Shown: in pieces, positions 1 to 4,771 of the stretch
Layout: each line of letters opens with the position of its first letter
How positions within the stretch are numbered: position 1 is the stretch's first letter
Source: Candidatus Wukongarchaeum yapensis
Lineage (GTDB): Archaea; Asgardarchaeota; Wukongarchaeia; Wukongarchaeales; Wukongarchaeaceae
DNA: 7,563 bases
Direction: 5' to 3'
Assembly (NCBI GenBank): GCA_016840425.1
Contig: JAEOSI010000106.1
Location: forward strand, 1-7,563
Translations under genes and position numbers: made by a program
Notes under the pieces: model-generated
Databases searched by the model: none
Seen by the model: the letters and a program-made list of their open reading frames with translations, nothing else
Told to the model about the DNA's origin: nothing

Positions 1-4
1 ATTG

Positions 5-16
5 AAAAAATCAAAA
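5..16 (-). terminator. Candidate oligo(T) terminator downstream of the nucleotidyltransferase homolog
   Basis: The minus strand reads TTTTGATTTTTT about 50 nt after the stop codon. The plus strand also has a long T-rich tract at 17-46. Confidence 0.25.
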
Positions 17-66
17 TTTCCTTTTCTTTTTTTGTTTGTTTATTTTCTACGGCAGATCTTTTTGGG

Positions 67-1071
67 TTATTCTGTGGGTACTAGGTATTCTTGTATGGTT
101 TCTTGTGTTCCAAGGATTATCTGGTAGCGTTTCTCTTTATTTTCTTGGGTTATGATTTCTTGTAGTAATCCTTTTACTTGAACAGTTTCGCCTTCCTTAA
201 ACATGATGCTTTTCCAAGGGCCGCCGTAGATGATGATGCGTTCAATTGGTAGTTCGTGATTTTCGGGTTCGAATTTGTAGTTTCTTGTTGTTAAGCCGTT
301 TAATACGTTAAATATTCGTCCTTTGATGGTTATTGGTTTTATGTTTTTGTAGTGTTCTGAGCCATATTTTGGGAGGGGCGTGTTTCTTTCTACGTTAAAA
401 TGTATTACGAGGTTTTTTTCATTAAAGTATAGCCAAGTGTTAACCCTTTTATTGAGGGATCCTTCGGGTATAGGAGTATAGCTTGGAAATTTTAGCGTTC
501 GAAAACTTGAATTTTCATAGTTTGCTACGAGGTTTTTTATGTTTTCATAAAATTTTTTTGCGTTTCCTTCGCCGTAGATTATGGCTGAAATGTTGCTGAA
601 AGGCATGTGGATATTGCAAAGTATTGATCCGCCTATTCCTATGTGAGTTGTGGGTATTAAGAGTTTATCTTTAAAAAGGTCGATTAATTGGATGCATGTT
701 AACTCTAAAGGGTCTTTTGTTTCATTCCTTCTTTTTATGATTTCTTGGGTCTTATTTTCAGGTTTTAAATGTTTATTTATCCTTTTTTTAGGGACGGCAG
801 TGAACTGTGTTTCATAAACGTCGCTGTAGAAACGGAACTCTGAGATTTCGTTGCACCCTATTGTGTCTATTATTTGGCTTGGAAAGTAACCGTCCATTAA
901 TCTTCGGTATTTTCCCCGCCATAAAGTCACCGAACTGTCTGAGGAAGGAACATATTTTAAGACAGCGAAAACTCGGTCTTGTGGGTGTGAGTTCATGATT
1001 ACAAGCCAGATTCTTTCAGAGTCGTCAAAAAAATAGTCATCTCTTAAAAACATGAATCTTTCACGGCCCAT
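67..1071 (-). CDS. Archaeal Pol-beta-superfamily nucleotidyltransferase homolog (COG1665-like) with degenerate catalytic motif
   Basis: 334-aa ORF. The N-terminal HPQDRVFAVLKYVP...W.G.YRRL, the central GIGGSIL...SNISAIIYG (equivalent to GxxGS...SDIDxxxYG) and the C-terminal EGETVQVKGLLQE...YQIILGT match my recollection of this archaeal family. The start could be ATG 1071 or the in-frame ATG at 1053. Confidence 0.75.
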   Translation of the reverse strand: MGRERFMFLRDDYFFDDSERIWLVIMNSHPQDRVFAVLKYVPSSDSSVTLWRGKYRRLMDGYFPSQIIDTIGCNEISEFRFYSDVYETQFTAVPKKRINKHLKPENKTQEIIKRRNETKDPLELTCIQLIDLFKDKLLIPTTHIGIGGSILCNIHMPFSNISAIIYGEGNAKKFYENIKNLVANYENSSFRTLKFPSYTPIPEGSLNKRVNTWLYFNEKNLVIHFNVERNTPLPKYGSEHYKNIKPITIKGRIFNVLNGLTTRNYKFEPENHELPIERIIIYGGPWKSIMFKEGETVQVKGLLQEIITQENKEKRYQIILGTQETIQEYLVPTE

Positions 1072-1149
1072 ACTATTACTAAAGAGATAATGCTTTTATT
1101 GGATTTGCTTTGATTTGTTTTTATGGGTTATTTTGCTTGTTTTTATCCA

Positions 1150-1196
1150 TGCGGATGGGAAGACTCTATCCGAAAGGGTATAGATGAGAGCCCGCA
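1150..1196 (+). ncRNA. Candidate structured RNA hairpin with GAAA tetraloop (identity unknown)
   Basis: TGCGG (1150-1154) pairs with CCGCA (1192-1196), CTC (1164-1166) can pair with GAG (1188-1190), and TATCC-GAAA-GGGTA (1167-1180) forms the apical stem. The purine-rich internal loops are ATGGGAAGA and TAGATGA. GC is 50% over 1141-1200. Confidence 0.4.
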
Positions 1197-1200
1197 ACCC

Positions 1201-1207
1201 TTAAATA
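1201..1207 (+). promoter_or_regulatory. Candidate archaeal TATA box (TTAAATA) for a plus-strand transcript starting near 1230
   Basis: An AT-rich box sits between two GC-rich structured blocks, and standard archaeal spacing puts the start site just before the 1236-1313 stem. This is a motif match only. Confidence 0.35.
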
Positions 1208-1229
1208 TCTTAGTTTTTTATACTCTAAT

Positions 1230-1392
1230 GAAACAGGCTTTTGGGCTATATGCTCAAGAGCAGGGCTGTCCTGTGCCTGTGGCACGTATAAATGGAAGTG
1301 AACCAGCCCAAAACTCCTCCAATGGACAGTGAACTTTTAGCGATTCAGCGTGCGAGGGGAGAAGTTCCTTGCGATGGCTGGGAGCAGTTCAC
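1230..1392 (+). mobile_element. Probable IS200/IS605-family (tnpB-associated) right-end remnant / reRNA-like scaffold, non-autonomous
   Basis: 1361-1392 reads GAAG-TTCCTTGC-GATG-GCTGGGAG-CAGTTCAC: a GAA-containing tetranucleotide at the foot of an imperfect hairpin (7 pairs with one T-T mismatch), ending in TTCAC. This is the known layout of IS200/IS605 right ends. GCAGGGCTGTCC..GCCTGTGG (1260-1282) resembles the tnpB 3'-tail sequences I recall. Local GC is about 51% versus AT-rich flanks. No tnpA or tnpB ORF is present, and the left boundary is uncertain. Confidence 0.6.
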
Positions 1393-2220
1393 GAGGTTTA
1401 AGGAGCGCTTAAGGGCGTTGCTTCTTAGTGAAACGTCTAGGGGGAGGTTGTATATTTCGAAAATTAGATTGGGAGAGGAGGGTAGGTGTTTTTTTATGTG
1501 GTTTAAGATTTCTAAAGCTTCTTTACTTTGGGGGGTAAGGGGTAGGTGGTGTTTTTTAGTTTTTTTATCGTAAAAGCTTAAATGAACTTCTTTTATTCTA
1601 TGTTTCATTTTTGTGATGAATTCCTTGCTTTTTTTGATTCCTGCGGGAAGACTGTGGGAAATATCGTATACTATCGAGAATTCTCTGTTTATTTCTTTTG
1701 TTATAGTTTGGAAATTGTCATATGTTCTAAGGATTTTGTGTTGTTCGTCGTATTCTGCGTTTTCGACTAATATTTCAACTCCTAGTTCTTCTCCTTGCTT
1801 TAAAATTTGTTTAATTCCGTTTGAGGTTTGATTTAGGTAGGGCTGGAGGTTGGTCTTGTTTAACTTGTTAAACGGTTTTTCTTTGGGTTTAAAACCTCCA
1901 TGAACAACGGCTTTTTTGATTCCGGTTTTATTTGCAAGTATTAGTGTTTCTTCTATCTCTTTTAACGAGATTTCTTGAATTTTTGGGTGGCAACTTGAAA
2001 TGTTAAGGTCGGTAATGGGGGTGTGGATTGATAAATCGAAGTTGAGGGAAGGGAGAAGTTCTTTAAAGAGATTAATTCTTCCGTTGAAATCAAGTTTCCA
2101 TACTTCTGGGAATTCTGTCCAAAGCTCTACGGCTTTAAACCCAAGACTCTCGATTTTTTGGAGGGCTTCGGAAAACGAGAGGAAGGGGAAAGTGATTATG
2201 CTGACGCCGATCTTACCCAA
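1345..2220 (-). CDS. Sugar phosphate isomerase/epimerase family (xylose isomerase-like/AP endonuclease 2 TIM barrel) protein, paralog 1
   Basis: 291-aa ORF with VELW, SIHTPITDLNISS, VVHGG, VEN, YDISH, EVHL, HHLPL and FEI motifs. TTG start with GAAGGAG (SD-like) a few nt upstream on the minus strand; 27-nt gap from the upstream paralog. Confidence 0.88.
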   Translation of the reverse strand: MGKIGVSIITFPFLSFSEALQKIESLGFKAVELWTEFPEVWKLDFNGRINLFKELLPSLNFDLSIHTPITDLNISSCHPKIQEISLKEIEETLILANKTGIKKAVVHGGFKPKEKPFNKLNKTNLQPYLNQTSNGIKQILKQGEELGVEILVENAEYDEQHKILRTYDNFQTITKEINREFSIVYDISHSLPAGIKKSKEFITKMKHRIKEVHLSFYDKKTKKHHLPLTPQSKEALEILNHIKKHLPSSPNLIFEIYNLPLDVSLRSNALKRSLNLVNCSQPSQGTSPLAR

Positions 2221-2247
2221 AAAACCGATCTCCTTCTTCCACTTAAT

Positions 2248-3087
2248 TTAGGGAGTGAAAAGTTCTCTTGCTATTTTTAGCTCACGTTCCAAGATAGATA
2301 CTTTATCTTTTTGTTCGTTCATATTATCTATTTCTAAAACAACGAATTTTAAGTTGTTACAGTAAGAATAAACAGTTTTTAACATGTTGAAAAATTGAGG
2401 GTCTTGACATGTTTGGAGGGGGGCGTGTGCGTTTTGACCTTTTGAATTGTTCCAAGCTAGGTGCATTTCGAGGATTTTTTCTTTCAGTTTTTCTGCGATT
2501 TTTAAACCTTCTTGATAGTTGTGTTGGTGCCCTATGACATGGCTGGTATCGTAGGTGACACGCACTTTTTCATGCATCTTCATGCATTGGGCGATTATTT
2601 CGGGGGTTACTACAGCTTGTGTGTCTTCGATTTTTGGGGTTTCTATGCTTAATTTCACGTCGTAATCTTCGCAAAAAGGTAATAGCTCTCTTATTCCTTC
2701 TGTGAAATATTCAATATCCCATTTTGTGGGGACTTCTTTGAAGGTAGTTGAGCTGTGTATGGTTAAAATTTCTGCTCCTATCTGACCGCAGAATTTGATG
2801 TTTTCTGTTAATTCTTCTATGGTGATTTTTCGAATTTTTGGGTTGTAACTTGATAGGTTTATGTCGTTTGCTGCTCCATGAATCGTGACAATGAGGTCGA
2901 ATTTTTCAAGTGTTTCTCTGACATATTTTACGCCTTGGTTGAAATTTTTGCAGAGTTTTTCCCATATGTCGGGAAGCTCTACCCAAAGCTCTACGCCTTT
3001 AAAACCAGTATCAGAAGCTATAGAGCAGATATGTTCTAATTTTAATTCGGGTAGATAACCTGAGCCCAAGCAGATGAATGGTTTCAT
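2248..3087 (-). CDS. Sugar phosphate isomerase/epimerase family TIM-barrel protein, paralog 2
   Basis: 279-aa ORF with VELW, TIHGAANDINLSS, TIHSS, IET, YDTSH, EMHL, AHAPL and LEI motifs. The motif order is collinear with 1345-2220. Confidence 0.88.
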   Translation of the reverse strand: MKPFICLGSGYLPELKLEHICSIASDTGFKGVELWVELPDIWEKLCKNFNQGVKYVRETLEKFDLIVTIHGAANDINLSSYNPKIRKITIEELTENIKFCGQIGAEILTIHSSTTFKEVPTKWDIEYFTEGIRELLPFCEDYDVKLSIETPKIEDTQAVVTPEIIAQCMKMHEKVRVTYDTSHVIGHQHNYQEGLKIAEKLKEKILEMHLAWNNSKGQNAHAPLQTCQDPQFFNMLKTVYSYCNNLKFVVLEIDNMNEQKDKVSILERELKIARELFTP

Positions 3088-3105
3088 GTTAGATCAACGG
3101 ATCAA

Positions 3106-3125
3106 TTTTTTTAAATAAGATCTTA
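3106..3125. promoter_or_regulatory. Candidate overlapping divergent TATA boxes with adjacent palindrome TAAGATCTTA
   Basis: Minus-strand TTTAAAAA (3108-3115) begins 28 nt upstream of ATG 3087, which fits a leaderless mRNA. Plus-strand TTTAAATA (3110-3117) faces the GT2 gene. A perfect 10-bp palindrome lies at 3116-3125. Confidence 0.45.
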
Positions 3126-3168
3126 GAAGTTTTTAGTTAAAATGTTTGTGAAAGCGATTATTGAATAA

Positions 3169-4305
3169 ATGAGATGTTGTTGTTTGTTTAAGTTTTCTTT
3201 TTTTGAGGAAGTTGGATCTTCTTTGTTTGAACTTTCTTTTGAGTGGAAGGATGTTCTGTTTTTGGTTTTGGTATTGCTTTTACTCATTGTTTTATTTTAT
3301 GATGTTTATGATTTGGTAAAAATTCATGGCTTCAATGTGCAACAAGAAAAGGAGGAAAGGAAGGGATCTTTTTATGATTTTGAAAAAGTGATGGTGGATA
3401 TAGTTATCCCCGTGTATAATATGGGGGATACTTTTCCAAGAACCTTGAGATCTGTTGAGCAATCTGAGTTTAAAAATAAGCGTGTGATTGTAGTGGATGA
3501 TGGGTCTGATGATGGGAAAACCCCCCAGATTTTGGACGGATTTAAAGATAGGATTGATTTATTGGTTCATTTGCCCCATGAAGGCAAGGCGAAAACGGTA
3601 AATTTTGGGGCTGAAAAGGGCAGGGGAGATGTTATTTTATTCCTCGATGCTGACAGCCACGTTATACCTGACTTTACTGAAGTTTCGCTTTCTGAGCTTA
3701 ATGAAGAAGTTGATGCAATAGACTTTGTGCAACAAGTAGCAAATCCTAAGGATAGTATTTGGACTAAGATTGCTGCTTTTGAACGGAAGATACTTACTTT
3801 TAAACCTGATAATTTTGGGGCGTTATTTGTAATTAAAAGGGAGGCTTTTAATGATTTTAAATTCCGTGATTGTTTATCGCCTCAACTTGATATTGATCAG
3901 CGTTTACTCACGGCGGGAAAGTTGAAGATTTCTCCGGAAAAAGTTGTTTTTGCAGATGAGCCTATAACTTTTAAACGCATGTATCGGAGGAAGAGGAGAT
4001 GGGTTTATGGGATGCTTCAAACCTATAAGATGAATAATCAAAGCCTTGATTTCCACATTTATTTACCGTTTTTAGACCTTTTTTTGCTATTTGCATTCTT
4101 TTTAGCTTTCTTTGATCTGAAATTTGTTTTAATACCTGCGATTTTGCTTTTTTCTTGGTTTTTGAAAACAAGCGTGCTTTCTAAAATGTTTAAACAAGGC
4201 TACCGTATGGTTCCTTGGTATGCGCTCTATATGTTAGTATTGTCGATAGCAGTTATTGATGCAGTTATGCGTTTCAAAATCGGAAAAAAAGTGACATGGA
4301 CTTGA
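3169..4305 (+). CDS. Membrane-bound GT2 family glycosyltransferase homolog (cellulose/PNAG synthase-like motif layout) with degenerate catalytic motifs
   Basis: IVIPVYN, VVDDGSDD, GKAKTVNFG and FLDADS (DxD) motifs, plus RRW, one N-terminal hydrophobic segment and 2-3 C-terminal ones. The true start may be TTG at 3223 (GAGG at 3205-3208) rather than ATG 3169, whose first residues (MRCCCLFKFSFF) look non-coding. Confidence 0.88.
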   Translation: MRCCCLFKFSFFEEVGSSLFELSFEWKDVLFLVLVLLLLIVLFYDVYDLVKIHGFNVQQEKEERKGSFYDFEKVMVDIVIPVYNMGDTFPRTLRSVEQSEFKNKRVIVVDDGSDDGKTPQILDGFKDRIDLLVHLPHEGKAKTVNFGAEKGRGDVILFLDADSHVIPDFTEVSLSELNEEVDAIDFVQQVANPKDSIWTKIAAFERKILTFKPDNFGALFVIKREAFNDFKFRDCLSPQLDIDQRLLTAGKLKISPEKVVFADEPITFKRMYRRKRRWVYGMLQTYKMNNQSLDFHIYLPFLDLFLLFAFFLAFFDLKFVLIPAILLFSWFLKTSVLSKMFKQGYRMVPWYALYMLVLSIAVIDAVMRFKIGKKVTWT

Positions 4306-4331
4306 TTCTCTTTTTTTATAATTTTTGTTTT
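4306..4331 (+). terminator. Candidate oligo(T) terminator for the GT2 gene at the convergent junction
   Basis: TTCTC-T7 immediately follows the TGA at 4303-4305, with further T-runs after it. Oligo(T) termination is established in archaea. Confidence 0.35.
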
Positions 4332-4771
4332 ATAAGTTCTACTATTTTTGGTATAGCTTCTTTTACTTTTGGCGTGCATTCTTCGCTGAAACTTGTTATA
4401 TCTTCGACCTCTATTGCTAAAATTGTTATATCTTTGGGAATTTTTTCAGGGAAAAGCTTTCTTCCAACTTCTAAAGCTGTTAGAAAATCTACCTCGTGGG
4501 TTGAGGAAAAATGTAAAAAAGGGTGGGTGGATAGGTCTTCGATGGAAAGTTCGTAAATTGTTCCGGGTTCTCTGTTACTCTTTATTGCGTCGACGATTAT
4601 TAATCGGTCATAGCCTGTGATCATATCAATGATGGAGAGACCGACTAAACCTGCTTCTTCAACCTTAACGTTTTCTGGCAGTTTTTCTTGTTCTAATGCT
4701 TCGACTACGTGTATTCCTACACCATCATCAGAAAGTACAGGGTTCCCCACACCAAGGATTAGGGTGCGCAT
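4316..4771 (-). CDS. [NiFe]-hydrogenase maturation endopeptidase (HycI/HybD/FrhD family)
   Basis: 151 aa with LGVGNPVLSDDGVG, IIVDA and STH metal-binding motifs all intact. It overlaps the mvhA stop by 13 nt, which suggests translational coupling. Confidence 0.95.
   Translation of the reverse strand: MRTLILGVGNPVLSDDGVGIHVVEALEQEKLPENVKVEEAGLVGLSIIDMITGYDRLIIVDAIKSNREPGTIYELSIEDLSTHPFLHFSSTHEVDFLTALEVGRKLFPEKIPKDITILAIEVEDITSFSEECTPKVKEAIPKIVELIKQKL

Noticed and set aside
407-535. ACGAGGTTT at about 407 and 527 matching the 1391-1399 junction (possible guide targets)
   Set aside because: The match is only 9 nt, includes element bases, and is explained by N/K-L-V codons in the antisense gene.
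1150-1196. Fluoride riboswitch or archaeal SECIS interpretation of the hairpin
   Set aside because: The P1 and pseudoknot pairings of the fluoride motif cannot be built. No gene in the window has an in-frame TGA at a Cys position (the MvhA L2 motif is DPCLAC), and the GAA/A loop plus three G-C pairs of the methanococcal SECIS is not matched.
1145-1200. SAM-I riboswitch resemblance (ATC...GG..GGGAAGAC...GATGAGAGCC-CGCAACC)
   Set aside because: The downstream GGTGC-AA-TCC junction, P4 and the GAT strand closing P1 are absent, and no plus-strand gene lies downstream to regulate.
1181-1235. Hammerhead-like fragments (TAGATGAG ... GAAAC) and a pistol-like GGCACGTATAAAT at 1281-1293
   Set aside because: The core is not CUGANGA, stem II does not abut GAAA, and no stems I/III can be formed. 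The pistol-like stem has a 3-nt loop that cannot form the required pseudoknot.
1291-1334. CRISPR mini-array from the AATGGA(C)AGTGAAC repeat pair
   Set aside because: There are only two 13-14 nt copies separated by about 17 nt, too short for CRISPR repeats and spacers, and no cas genes are present.
1230-1392. RNase P RNA, SRP RNA or H/ACA guide RNA
   Set aside because: AAACAG...GGGCTATA and GGGAGCAG are only fragments. There is no upstream GAGGAAAGUCC-type P4 strand, no CAGG-stem-GNRA helix 8, and no ACA tail or clear K-loop.
1123-1573. Plus-strand ORFs 1123-1332 (69 aa) and 1292-1573 (93 aa)
   Set aside because: Neither has recognisable motifs (no RuvC or zinc-finger residues of TnpB). The second is mostly antisense to a real gene, and both are explained by the GC-rich island.
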